From: a virus
Direction: 5' to 3' (one strand)
Virus record (IMG/VR): IMGVR_UViG_3300036770_004917
Coordinates: 22,044-86,043 of that record
DNA: 64,000 bases
The position numbers and the translations under genes were made by a program. Below, piece by piece: positions 8,694 to 18,813 of this stretch (within the stretch, counting starts at the first letter, position 1; every line of letters begins with the position of its first letter). The notes under the pieces were generated by a model, which was not told the origin of the DNA, ran no database searches, and worked only from the letters and a program-made list of their open reading frames with translations.

Positions 8694-11600
8694 GGCGTCT
8701 CCTTGTGCGCGGTCATTGGTGGTGATAGTAGGTCGGCAAAGATGAGTCCATCCTCTGTGTAAGCAGACTTGGCGCCACGACCGGTTGACGGCTTTCCGAA
8801 TAGGCGCTTAGCAAGTTTCCGGAGAAATGCAGCCTGCGACTTACTGATGTAGCCTTCACTGAGGGCATAATCAATGACCCATCCAGAGGAATCATTCCGT
8901 AATGTTTTGCGTAGTTGAGATAATACACCAGCAGTTCCATTTTTCTTGAATGCACCACTCAGGTCTCTAGTTAGTTGTTCACCATCAATCTGCTTGCCGA
9001 TTCCTCGTGCTATGTCGGACGTAAAGCGCGTCCCCGTGCGTTGCGTTTGACGACTACTTCGGGTGCTTGTCAATTCTCGTGTGTCCGGACGGGCGATTCG
9101 CTTTGCGGCTGCAATGTTTGCGTTGCGGCCACGGCGTCTTTCATCTGACATCGCAACAAGTCGGTCAATGGTTTCTGAGAAAGTCTGTTCTTCAATTCTG
9201 GAAACACTGTCAAGCATCTCCCTAATGGAGGCACGTTTTTCATCAGACATATCCGACCACGCCCGTGGCGTCGGCATATCGAACGTGAGGAGTGCGTCGA
9301 GTGCTTCTTCTGAGCCAAGTTCGTTGATTATCTGGGAACGAATTTCGTCCTGCTGCCTTCTTACGCTGGCAACAGCATCTGATGCAATTTGTTCCATTTC
9401 TTTCTGCTGGGCCTTTGTTGCACCACGCAGGATTCCTTCTGCTAGTGCCCGATTTCCATCATCTTCGATTTCCCCATCTGGTCCGGCAGATGGGCGTGGG
9501 TCAATCCCTAGTTCGGCCATGGCCGGATAGTCATCAGAAAATGCCCTTGGTTCTCGCGATGAGCGTGTTGAGGCAACCTCACTACGTGCAACGCCGAAAA
9601 TGTCCTGTGTAGTACGTGGGCGTTCGCGAGTAATGAATCCACTGGTCCTGCGTCCACCCCTAGTACGCGCATAGGCGCCATCTGGAATATAGGCACCACT
9701 ATCTCGGACCTCTTGATAGTTGGCGTCCAGGTCATCGTCAGTTTTCCTAACGAAGTCGTCAAATTCATCCTTGGACATGTCTGGAACAGAGTCATCTTTG
9801 ACATAATCGTCTTCCAGTCCCAACTTGGCTTCCTTGATGCCAACCTGATTCTGGTACGACTTGGCAAGATTTAGGGCATCAAAAATACCAACATCTATCT
9901 CCTGGGTATTGATGGTTAGTTTTTCGCCCTCTGGTAAATCCTGGTTAAACATGTGAACTGCCGCCCATCGGTGGTGGCCATCAACAACATATCCATCGTT
10001 GGAGGTGATGATTGCTCCCTTGGCCCACCATGCTTCGGCAAACTTGGGCTTACCCTTATCCATCACTTGATTGCCGTTTTCGTCAAGGACCGGAACCTGC
10101 CCGTCGTATTTGCCGTCGAGCCATTCTTGCCGCAGTTTGAAGAATTCCTTACTACCGCGCTTGATGCCCTTGCTTTCGGACCACTTCAGGAAGGCGGAAT
10201 AGGATTCATCAATGCCATTGAGCATTCCGCTGACTTTTTCTGCCTGAATTTCAGACTGCGATGCGGTGTAATCGTCAGGGCTCACACCATTCTTGGTGGT
10301 GACAATATCCTCGCGTCCGGCCTTGCGCCTTAGATGGTCCATGAAGTTTGGAACAAAATCAACTTCAGTATCTTTCCAATTTACAAGGTCGTAGAATTCT
10401 TTGCGCTCATCTTCGGTCAGGGGGCCCTGGCCTTCCGGGTATTCTCCCTTTGGATTCGGATGACGCTTCTTTAGTTCGTCAAATCTCTCACGCTGTTCTG
10501 GCGTCAGGTCCTCACGCGCCTCCCACGAAGTCTTTACGAGGCCTGCTTTAGCGGCTCGTGCCCCAACAGTATCGTCACCTTTCAGGCGACCACTGATTTG
10601 TGGCATTCTCATGCGCTTGGTGCCAATGTTCTTACCGCAGAAGATATTGCTATTTGGAACGTACATTCTGCATGCATCAATTTTGTACATTGCTTTTTCT
10701 TCTTCAGATAGGTCATTGCGCAATTTCAAATATGAATCAATTTCTTTTTGGAAGTTTTTTATTCCCTTTTTGAGTTGTTTCGCTTTTGCATTATCACCAA
10801 GTTCAACGTTGTATCCCAGCGCCATAAGTGCAACCGCTGACTCTGGTGTCTCCGCTTTATATACTGGCTGTCCATCCGTAATGCCAGTTTTCCCCTCAAC
10901 CCTAGATAGGCCAAGAGTTTTGAGTTCATCTTCACCCATTTCGTGAAGTGCTCCGCGCTTATTCTGTTCAATGCGCTGAATCTCATCAAATCGCTTTTGC
11001 GCTGCAGTCGTTGGGACCGCCTCTGCTTGTGGCGATGTCCCTGCTTTTTCTGTCACTCTAGCCTTTGTGGCCTCGCGCCTGTTTTCGCCGACAGCCTCAC
11101 GTGCGGTGCGGGAACTTCGCGTCGACCGTGGGGTGGCCCCTCTGTCCTGACCACTTATCTTTTGGACATAACCGAAACCTTCCTTTTGTTCGTATAGGTC
11201 CTTATATATGTCCCTTGACATGCGTTGCGCCAACGGTATTCCATCTGCGTCTTCTTCAAAAAGTGCATCAATATGCGATTTCTTTGCGTCCATGTCCATG
11301 GAACCAGCACCATCAACGCGCTCAAACATTCGTTCTTTGCCAAGTACGGCAGCCTTAATCCCCCAATGCTCCTGATAGGCCTTGCCGATTGCAAGTGCGT
11401 CTTGGATTGGGGCATCAATGACCACTGATTTGAGTTTAAGTTTGGCCCGTTCATCCTGCCCGTGGTTGTAGGCAATAAACGATGCCCATCTGTGGTGGCC
11501 GTCAACGACATATCCATCGGATGTTGAGATTATGGAGCCATTCGTAAACCAGGGCTGGGAGATAATCCCCTGCGTACCGCCCTCTCCGATTGGGTCTCCA

Positions 11601-14600
11601 TCACTATTGAGTTTACGACCCTCCCCATCAATTAGGGGCACCGCAAATGCACTTCCATCGGGCTTTGGTTTTCCGTACAACCACCTATCGCGCATGTCGT
11701 AATATTCATCGCTACCATATTCAATTTCTGGGTGAATATCTGCCATGTATGCCTTGAAGGAATGGTCATGGTTTTTCATACTTGTAACCATTCCGCCAGT
11801 CTTGGACATTTGAATTTGCCCTTGCGAAACAGCGAGACTCTCTGGGTCTATCCCATCCTGGTCGTAGATTACTTCATCTGGATTTTTGTCAGGGTTTACC
11901 TTGGCGGACAGTCTCTTGACATACTGCTTGAACTCTTCGGTGAGGTTTGCCTCAGTATCGTTCCAGTCGACCATGGAATAAAACTCTTCCATCTCGCCAT
12001 CTTCGAACGTGCTAGGACTTACGGTGCCATCTTTATTTAACTTGGCATGTTTTGCCTTTAGTTCATCAAACCGAGTTTTTTCTTCTGGAGTCAACTTGGT
12101 TAGATTGCCATCGGCATCGCGTCTTCCGGCTTTCCAATCAACCTTAACAACGCCAGCCTTTGCAGCACGTGCCGCTGCCGTATCTTCGCTTCGCATGCGC
12201 CCAGCAATTTGGGGCATATCTGCGCGCAAGGTGCCAAGTCCGCCTTCGCACCAAAGATTTGTTCCACCTGCATATAGTCGGCATGTATCAATAACGGCGG
12301 TCAGGTCCCTGTTTTCCGACTTGAGGAATTCGTCTAATTCTTTTTGAAGTTTTGCCGATGCTTGCACCAGTAGTGTGGGGGATGGGGCATCGGGGCCGAG
12401 TTCGACGTGATAACCAGCAGCAATTAGGGCAGCGGCAGTCTCAAGGTCATTGGCAACGAACACTTCCTGGCCATCAATGAGGGCCATATTGCCAGAACGC
12501 TCAACCCCAAACTTTTCAAACAATTCGTCATCATCTAGTTGATGGAGGCCACCATTGTTTTCGGGCTTACCTAATCCAGATACGTCTTTATAAATATCTG
12601 CTATTTTTCGCTTTGCGGGCGGTGTTGTTGATGTATTTCCAGACGTGCCACGAACTTCTCTTGGTGAAGATGCCGACCGAGTACTTATTGAATCGGGGTC
12701 AGACACCGAACGTGAAACACGTGACTCAATGTCACTCGCAGTAGTTGAACGTGTCGTCGTTCTTGCTGAACGAAGACCTTCACTCCTTAGTCTTGCTTTT
12801 TCCGCATCGGATAGTTCCCTTGCATGAGCATTCGCATCCGGCATTCTTTCTGATGTTCTGGCTACGCTAGCAATATGGTTGACTGCTTCCGAAATTAGAA
12901 TTGGGTTACTGGAGCCGTCACTGTCGTCCTTGAATGTCTCTTCAAGCACTCTCACCAACTCGGGCGAGAACCCTGTGTATCTTTCCGTTCCTCGTCCTGC
13001 CTCGTTGCCCTTCCATGTAACAATGAGTTCGTTGGTGGAGTCATCATAAGTAATTTTTTCAATTAGTTTGGAGCGTCGTACATCGATTTGCGTTCTTTGA
13101 CCCTTGCCCACGCGACTGAGCCCTGATGCACTTGTAGTCCTGCCCTTTTCTACTTCCCTATTAATTAAATCGACCGTCTTGGGGTTGACGGGCTTGACAT
13201 CAATTTGCTGACCCGACCCTGTGTCTGGCGTGTCGGTTGTGCTTACTGTTGGGAAAACATCCGAATCTGAACTCAATGTTGTTAATCGGCCATTGGTGTA
13301 GTAGTCGTTGCGGCGCTTGAGTGATTCGGGAGTATAGATAGACTTCCCACTTACGTCTCGTGGATTTGGCTCATTTCGTGCTGAGAATCTCCTGGTACTC
13401 GCGCCATGCGCGTCGTATCTGAGGCGCTGAAATAGTTTTTCCTCGGGCGATGAATTTTGGTCAATGTGGGACAGATTTGTGAATGAATCAATATCACTAA
13501 TATCAAATCCATCAGGATTACCGAAAATTAGTGGTGGTTCACCACCACGAGACTTATGGTCTGCTTGTGCTTTTCTTGCCGCAAGAACAAGACGCATTCT
13601 ATTGAATGGGGCAATAAGGTGTTGTGCCTCTTTGGGCACCTTGTCCATATCTCCGGTCAAAAGTGCGTCCAGAATTTCATCAAGGTCATTGTCAATAAAA
13701 CTTTGTCGCAATACATTCTTTAATCTATCGCGTCCACCTATTTCATCAGCGTCTATTTTGTAATTATTTAACTCAAGTGAGTCAACCTTAATTGCCTCAA
13801 TGTCACTGGTACGAATTCCTCCACCAATTACCGCTTCGGCAGACGGTCCAGATGAAGTACTGCGTGATGAGCGAGTAGACGTTGATGGGGTGCCAAATGC
13901 CGCGTAGGTGCCACTGGCGACACTGTCGAGAATTCCTATTGTCTCACGCATGTTGTCAATTTCTGAATTACCAGAATCCGGCCCAGAAACATGAGCAGCA
14001 AGAACTTCAGACCTATTGGTTGAGAGCATTGGTGTTGCTTGGCGAGCCCCATCCATGATGTCGCCCTTGGTGTAGGCGGTTCGTCGTGCAGTTTCTGGCA
14101 CCATTATTAGTTCAACTGTCTTACCGCCAGATTTGAATTCCGCGTGCTGACTAAATTCTGGTCCCTCGGAGAAAAATCTTGCACTGCGCGCCATGCCGTC
14201 AGGTGGCAAACTGTCTAGATAGTCTTGAATTTCTTTTTGGCTCATCGCATGTACGAGGTAACCAAATTGTGAGCGTAGATTATCTGGCGTTGAGTCCGAC
14301 AAGCCGTTATCGCTTTCAAAGGATTTTTGCAGCGAAGCAGCGAGACTTCCAGGCTTATTGTCAAAAATATTCCCAAGAACACCATCACTCAATAAGCCAC
14401 CAAGTTGTTCTGGGGTTATGGCGACTCGTGGGCGGTCATCAAATGCCTCGTGGTATTTGAAAACGGCTTCTTCTACTGTCTTTGTCAGTTCGTCGGCAGT
14501 TGATGAGAATATGAGTTGTTTTGTTTGGTCGGAAATTTCATTGAATAGATTCCAGAAGTCTTCATTTTCCACACCGCCATCACGAACTTTCTCAAGTTCA

Positions 14601-17600
14601 TCCCGCAACTTTGAAATTTCTGCCGCTTTTGCTGCGCGCGTCTTGTCGGCCGTGACCATTCTTCCAATTCGACCACTGTTATCGACTGGCTGAAGGAGTG
14701 AGCCAGCGTCAGTATTTGTTGACTCGGTGCCAAAGAATGAACTTCCCGATTCCCGGAATGCGGCGCCAACCGACGAAGAGCGGGTCGTCTGGAGTAATCT
14801 TGCTGACGCGTCGCCACTTGCTCCGCGGGTTGTGCGCTGCGGGATTTCGGTTTTGCCTATCTCGGTATCCAGTAAGCGCTTTAGGGCACGCTTTTCGGAA
14901 TCCGCCAAAGAACCGCGCTCTGCTTCCACTGAATCAATTGAATCAGCAAGGTCGCCAAGAACTTCAGACTTTGTCTTTTGGCGACTTGGCATCAAAACAA
15001 CAGTTCCATCAGTATCAACCTTCATGACCTCAAGGGTTCCTGGTGGAATGAGGATTCCGTCAGTGTCTCCATCATGGCCATTTTTGGTATGCATTGCACG
15101 CGTTCCCGCAGGCATCGTAACCATAACTCGCTTAGCAGTTGTTGGGTCTGCAAACTTGAGACCATCAGCAGACTGTCCGTCTATCAGTAGACCGCGAATT
15201 GGTCCACTGTGGTCAATTTTTGCACCAGGGGTTAAGTCTCCATCAAGTTCCATTGCGGCAACAAATGACATATCAGTATCTGTTGTTGAGAGTTCCAGTA
15301 TGTCCAGAGTTGGTATGACCGTATCGCGAAGTTGATTTTCTAACAGTTCGTCCTGGCTCTTTGGGTCTGGTGTGCTCATTGTCCCAGCACCATCGCGCAA
15401 ACGCTGGCGCGCCCTTGCTGATGTATCTATGGCGCTACGGAGGCTCTCAGTATCGCCGCTTACCGCATCACTTACAGTTAGCCACGCAGGCCTCATTTCC
15501 ACTGGCTCATCAGACTCAATGACGTCTTTTTGCTCAGCGTTTAGTTTTTCTATTATTTCATCAATCTTGCGGCGACCAACAAGCGCAGGGTCGGACCTAA
15601 GTGTTGCGCTTTCAATTTCTTCTTGTGTTGGCTTGTAGTTGGGATTGAGTTTCCGCTTTTCCTTCGATGTCATGCCAGGAGTGTCACGAATACTTCCTGG
15701 CTCATAGGGGCGTGAGGTGGCATCAAATCCATCCCTACCACCTACGGCATCCCCCGCATGGTTGGCTATTTCTCGTGACCAGTGGGCCAACTCGTCGTCA
15801 TCAACTTCAACTATGTCGTCATAGCCGCGCGACTTCCTCTTATTGATGGCACTATTGCGAAGTCCCTTTTGCTTTGGCCGCAATGCTGAATCAACGCGAC
15901 GCATATATTTTCCAGGTTGTGGATTAATGCCGCGTGCTTTGTACTTCTCAACCTCCTCGTCGCTAAGTTTGGACTTCCTAGTGTTCACGTCAAGAATCTG
16001 ACGCATGCCCTTAATAGCGAGCCACATGCGGGCCTGCTCATCCGCCGTTAGCGGTTCAGTTTTGGATTTTTCAATAAGTTTCCTGTATTCGCTTTCAAGT
16101 TTTTCGTAACGAGCATCCATTTGCTCTGGAGTCATTTTCCAGTAGGCGTCTTTGGCTTGCCTTATTTCACCAAGTGGGTCATTGGGGTCTGGCCCACCCT
16201 CTTCTGGGCCTAGGCCAAATGCAACATCTACGAAACGACTGATTTCATCGGGGTTTTGTTCAATGGGGAGGTTATGAATACTCTCTGGTTGCCACTGAGT
16301 TTCATCATCAAAGTACATATGGCCCGCAAGGTCCATCCAGCGAAGGTCAACCTGTCTTGGTTTTGCCGCGCCTGCTTCTGGCGCCTCGCCACCCTGTACT
16401 CCATCTCCATAGTTGTTATTAATAACAATATTTATTGGAGCATGAATGTTTACATTTATAACCGTTCCACCATTTCCTGGCGGAGCGGTTGGTGGCCCGG
16501 TATTTGTTGGTACGTCCGGCACTGGCGGTGAGTCTGGCGTAGGGGGAACTAAATCAACTTCTGGAGGAACATCATATGGGATATCTCTGACTTTTTTGGT
16601 ATTGATATTTTCGGGCAAAAACCACGCAATAGAATCATCAACCTCGGGTCCGCCCAGGATTCCAAGTTCACGCTGAGCAAAAACTTCAGCCGTTCCTTCA
16701 ACCAACGCCCGTTGCAATGCCTGGCTAACATCCCCGCCTTCCCGGGCTGCTTTCTCCGCATCAGCCAGTTCACTCTGATATCGTTTTCCGGCGAAAATGT
16801 TAACTAATGATTTCTCAAATCGATGCGCTCCACCTGGTGGGAATTGATACCTATTATCTCCCCTAAACATTAGACTAGAAACAGCCTCGGCCCACTGCTT
16901 ATTTGTCCAGGTTGATGGTGGTTCAATAAAATCAACCAATCCATTTGGCGTATCTATAGTAAACTTTCCGTTTTTTTCGTATATGTCAATGATATTTTGC
17001 TGCACGGCATGGTATTGCATAACATGACCAAACTCGTGAAAAGCAACATGTCGTGCTTTTCCGCGCACTGGGTCAAGCCCAAGTGCTGCTTGTAGGCGTG
17101 CTGCACTGGTGTCATTTGCGTATCCATCAGCGCCAACGATTTCGGCATATAGCATTGCGTCGCTAATATCCTCTAAAGCACTTAGTAATAGTGCTCGTTT
17201 TTGTGCTTCACTGGCAGCGCCTGGAGCATCTATAAATATTGAACCATCATCAGTAATTTTGAACGTGTCTTCATCTACCGCTGCCGCATGCAATGCCATT
17301 CCAAGAGCATTAAATGACATCGGTACTTTGATATCGCCATACTCATCATATTGCGCCACAGTTGAGCCCTCGACTCCAAGGAATTCCTCGTTTGGCGTAA
17401 GGTCGTATGGCATCAAGGCGCGAAGTTCGCCAACTCTTTCTGTTGCATCTGGATATTTGTCTTGCAGGTAGACGTACGATTTGAGAAATTCACGCTGTGC
17501 GGCGTGATGTCTTTCGCGAATTGCCTGAACATACTTTTGGGCTACTTCACGCTCTTTTGGGTCACTGCTTGTCAGGAATGGCTTTACTTCATCCGGGATA

Positions 17601-18790
17601 AATTTAGCGATGGCCCTATCCATCATTTCGTTATAGCGCTTAGTATTTGCTGCTATTGATTCTGGTGAGAAATCGCCTTCCCATATGAATTCTTCACCGC
17701 CAAGACCAGCATCTGCAAATATTCCTCCACCAAGCGTTGGGTCATTTTGTCTTTGTTCTGCCGCAGATTTGCCAAATAGAAACTTCCTAAACGCCTCATC
17801 GGCTTCGGCCTCCCTGCCAGGACCATACTTTTCACGGAATAGTCCGTGAAGCCCCTGAATGAGGTCAGCATTGGCGGAAGACGATGCTTCATCGGCGGTG
17901 ACTCCGAATCTCTCAAGCAATCCATCAACTCTGGCATTAAAATCGGCATCGGCGAGTTGAGTTGCTTCGCGTGGCTGAACTGCGTTTGCCCTGGTTGCCT
18001 TGAAACGATTTTGTTGCTCACGCTCATATGGTGTGAGGCTTCTCCCGTATTGCCTGACTTCTGCTCCGCGCTCAGCCATTGCATCTAGGCGTCTACCAAC
18101 ACGGAAAGCGGCCCTAACCACGCTCCCCAGTCCAATGGTATTGCAGTTGGACATATCAATGTCAGTGAATTGGTTGGCGTTCGGCGTCCCAGGTGGGCAA
18201 CGCAGTTTTCCATTAGCATCAATGATGCCGCCCGCCGCCTGGAATGCCTGAGTTGATACGCGCCCCATTGTTGAGCCAATACTGCGGCCCAATTCCTTAA
18301 TCCGAACTTCGTTTTCTATTTCGGTAGTCAACTCGCCATCGGAGTCTCTTTTATATTTACGAAGGAATACGCCAGGACGACTTGAAATTTCTTCTTGTGA
18401 TTTTTTGATTGCGGCGAGTGCTTCTTCTCGCGTTTTGGGACCAGGTGGGTCAATCCAGCCAAACTTTGCGCCCTTTGGAGAAGTCAACTCAGCAAACGTG
18501 GTTGTCAACTTAAGGATTTGACCGGGCTTTCTTTTGGCCTTGGGGTCCCAGTCAAGTTTTAGTGTTGGCTCATCATTATTTTCGCCAGTCTCGTCACGTT
18601 CAGCACCAGAACCTTCGGCTTTTGCACCTTCTGGTAGGGCCTTAACTGCAATATTGGCATTGAGGGTCGGACGAGCAGCGGAATGCATCCGTAGTTCTTT
18701 GAAATAAAGACAGACCTCATTGACATTGCGGTCGCTGAGACGACCAACCTTGCGGCTTATGTGCCTATGAGGGATTCCTTTACCCGCCAT
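8684..18790 (-). CDS. Giant polyvalent-type protein (~3370 aa): zincin, degenerate VIP2-like ART, DUF3626-like domain, KTSC-like domain, two ParB/Srx-like repeats
   Basis: Likely start is ATG 18790 after GGAG (the track starts at TTG 18802). Motifs: RCPPGTPNANQFTD; HEFGH...EGTAE (~16680-17050); LTPGAKIDHSG...VTMPAG...ILIPPG (~15000-15290); FGYL...VELIM...RTAYTKGD...EAVIGGGI...DIEAI (~13780-14460); KITYDDSTNELIVTW (~13020-13070); 2x DGYVVDGHHRWA. Confidence 0.8.
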   Translation of the reverse strand: MAGKGIPHRHISRKVGRLSDRNVNEVCLYFKELRMHSAARPTLNANIAVKALPEGAKAEGSGAERDETGENNDEPTLKLDWDPKAKRKPGQILKLTTTFAELTSPKGAKFGWIDPPGPKTREEALAAIKKSQEEISSRPGVFLRKYKRDSDGELTTEIENEVRIKELGRSIGSTMGRVSTQAFQAAGGIIDANGKLRCPPGTPNANQFTDIDMSNCNTIGLGSVVRAAFRVGRRLDAMAERGAEVRQYGRSLTPYEREQQNRFKATRANAVQPREATQLADADFNARVDGLLERFGVTADEASSSANADLIQGLHGLFREKYGPGREAEADEAFRKFLFGKSAAEQRQNDPTLGGGIFADAGLGGEEFIWEGDFSPESIAANTKRYNEMMDRAIAKFIPDEVKPFLTSSDPKEREVAQKYVQAIRERHHAAQREFLKSYVYLQDKYPDATERVGELRALMPYDLTPNEEFLGVEGSTVAQYDEYGDIKVPMSFNALGMALHAAAVDEDTFKITDDGSIFIDAPGAASEAQKRALLLSALEDISDAMLYAEIVGADGYANDTSAARLQAALGLDPVRGKARHVAFHEFGHVMQYHAVQQNIIDIYEKNGKFTIDTPNGLVDFIEPPSTWTNKQWAEAVSSLMFRGDNRYQFPPGGAHRFEKSLVNIFAGKRYQSELADAEKAAREGGDVSQALQRALVEGTAEVFAQRELGILGGPEVDDSIAWFLPENINTKKVRDIPYDVPPEVDLVPPTPDSPPVPDVPTNTGPPTAPPGNGGTVINVNIHAPINIVINNNYGDGVQGGEAPEAGAAKPRQVDLRWMDLAGHMYFDDETQWQPESIHNLPIEQNPDEISRFVDVAFGLGPEEGGPDPNDPLGEIRQAKDAYWKMTPEQMDARYEKLESEYRKLIEKSKTEPLTADEQARMWLAIKGMRQILDVNTRKSKLSDEEVEKYKARGINPQPGKYMRRVDSALRPKQKGLRNSAINKRKSRGYDDIVEVDDDELAHWSREIANHAGDAVGGRDGFDATSRPYEPGSIRDTPGMTSKEKRKLNPNYKPTQEEIESATLRSDPALVGRRKIDEIIEKLNAEQKDVIESDEPVEMRPAWLTVSDAVSGDTESLRSAIDTSARARQRLRDGAGTMSTPDPKSQDELLENQLRDTVIPTLDILELSTTDTDMSFVAAMELDGDLTPGAKIDHSGPIRGLLIDGQSADGLKFADPTTAKRVMVTMPAGTRAMHTKNGHDGDTDGILIPPGTLEVMKVDTDGTVVLMPSRQKTKSEVLGDLADSIDSVEAERGSLADSEKRALKRLLDTEIGKTEIPQRTTRGASGDASARLLQTTRSSSVGAAFRESGSSFFGTESTNTDAGSLLQPVDNSGRIGRMVTADKTRAAKAAEISKLRDELEKVRDGGVENEDFWNLFNEISDQTKQLIFSSTADELTKTVEEAVFKYHEAFDDRPRVAITPEQLGGLLSDGVLGNIFDNKPGSLAASLQKSFESDNGLSDSTPDNLRSQFGYLVHAMSQKEIQDYLDSLPPDGMARSARFFSEGPEFSQHAEFKSGGKTVELIMVPETARRTAYTKGDIMDGARQATPMLSTNRSEVLAAHVSGPDSGNSEIDNMRETIGILDSVASGTYAAFGTPSTSTRSSRSTSSGPSAEAVIGGGIRTSDIEAIKVDSLELNNYKIDADEIGGRDRLKNVLRQSFIDNDLDEILDALLTGDMDKVPKEAQHLIAPFNRMRLVLAARKAQADHKSRGGEPPLIFGNPDGFDISDIDSFTNLSHIDQNSSPEEKLFQRLRYDAHGASTRRFSARNEPNPRDVSGKSIYTPESLKRRNDYYTNGRLTTLSSDSDVFPTVSTTDTPDTGSGQQIDVKPVNPKTVDLINREVEKGRTTSASGLSRVGKGQRTQIDVRRSKLIEKITYDDSTNELIVTWKGNEAGRGTERYTGFSPELVRVLEETFKDDSDGSSNPILISEAVNHIASVARTSERMPDANAHARELSDAEKARLRSEGLRSARTTTRSTTASDIESRVSRSVSDPDSISTRSASSPREVRGTSGNTSTTPPAKRKIADIYKDVSGLGKPENNGGLHQLDDDELFEKFGVERSGNMALIDGQEVFVANDLETAAALIAAGYHVELGPDAPSPTLLVQASAKLQKELDEFLKSENRDLTAVIDTCRLYAGGTNLWCEGGLGTLRADMPQIAGRMRSEDTAAARAAKAGVVKVDWKAGRRDADGNLTKLTPEEKTRFDELKAKHAKLNKDGTVSPSTFEDGEMEEFYSMVDWNDTEANLTEEFKQYVKRLSAKVNPDKNPDEVIYDQDGIDPESLAVSQGQIQMSKTGGMVTSMKNHDHSFKAYMADIHPEIEYGSDEYYDMRDRWLYGKPKPDGSAFAVPLIDGEGRKLNSDGDPIGEGGTQGIISQPWFTNGSIISTSDGYVVDGHHRWASFIAYNHGQDERAKLKLKSVVIDAPIQDALAIGKAYQEHWGIKAAVLGKERMFERVDGAGSMDMDAKKSHIDALFEEDADGIPLAQRMSRDIYKDLYEQKEGFGYVQKISGQDRGATPRSTRSSRTAREAVGENRREATKARVTEKAGTSPQAEAVPTTAAQKRFDEIQRIEQNKRGALHEMGEDELKTLGLSRVEGKTGITDGQPVYKAETPESAVALMALGYNVELGDNAKAKQLKKGIKNFQKEIDSYLKLRNDLSEEEKAMYKIDACRMYVPNSNIFCGKNIGTKRMRMPQISGRLKGDDTVGARAAKAGLVKTSWEAREDLTPEQRERFDELKKRHPNPKGEYPEGQGPLTEDERKEFYDLVNWKDTEVDFVPNFMDHLRRKAGREDIVTTKNGVSPDDYTASQSEIQAEKVSGMLNGIDESYSAFLKWSESKGIKRGSKEFFKLRQEWLDGKYDGQVPVLDENGNQVMDKGKPKFAEAWWAKGAIITSNDGYVVDGHHRWAAVHMFNQDLPEGEKLTINTQEIDVGIFDALNLAKSYQNQVGIKEAKLGLEDDYVKDDSVPDMSKDEFDDFVRKTDDDLDANYQEVRDSGAYIPDGAYARTRGGRRTSGFITRERPRTTQDIFGVARSEVASTRSSREPRAFSDDYPAMAELGIDPRPSAGPDGEIEDDGNRALAEGILRGATKAQQKEMEQIASDAVASVRRQQDEIRSQIINELGSEEALDALLTFDMPTPRAWSDMSDEKRASIREMLDSVSRIEEQTFSETIDRLVAMSDERRRGRNANIAAAKRIARPDTRELTSTRSSRQTQRTGTRFTSDIARGIGKQIDGEQLTRDLSGAFKKNGTAGVLSQLRKTLRNDSSGWVIDYALSEGYISKSQAAFLRKLAKRLFGKPSTGRGAKSAYTEDGLIFADLLSPPMTAHKETPWL

Positions 18791-18813
18791 TCCGGGCTCC
18801 AATCCCGACTGTA

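Noticed and set aside
9690-12555. Internal duplication read as a diversity-generating retroelement TR/VR pair
   Set aside because: The copies are long and diverged at all base types, and no reverse transcriptase is present in the window.
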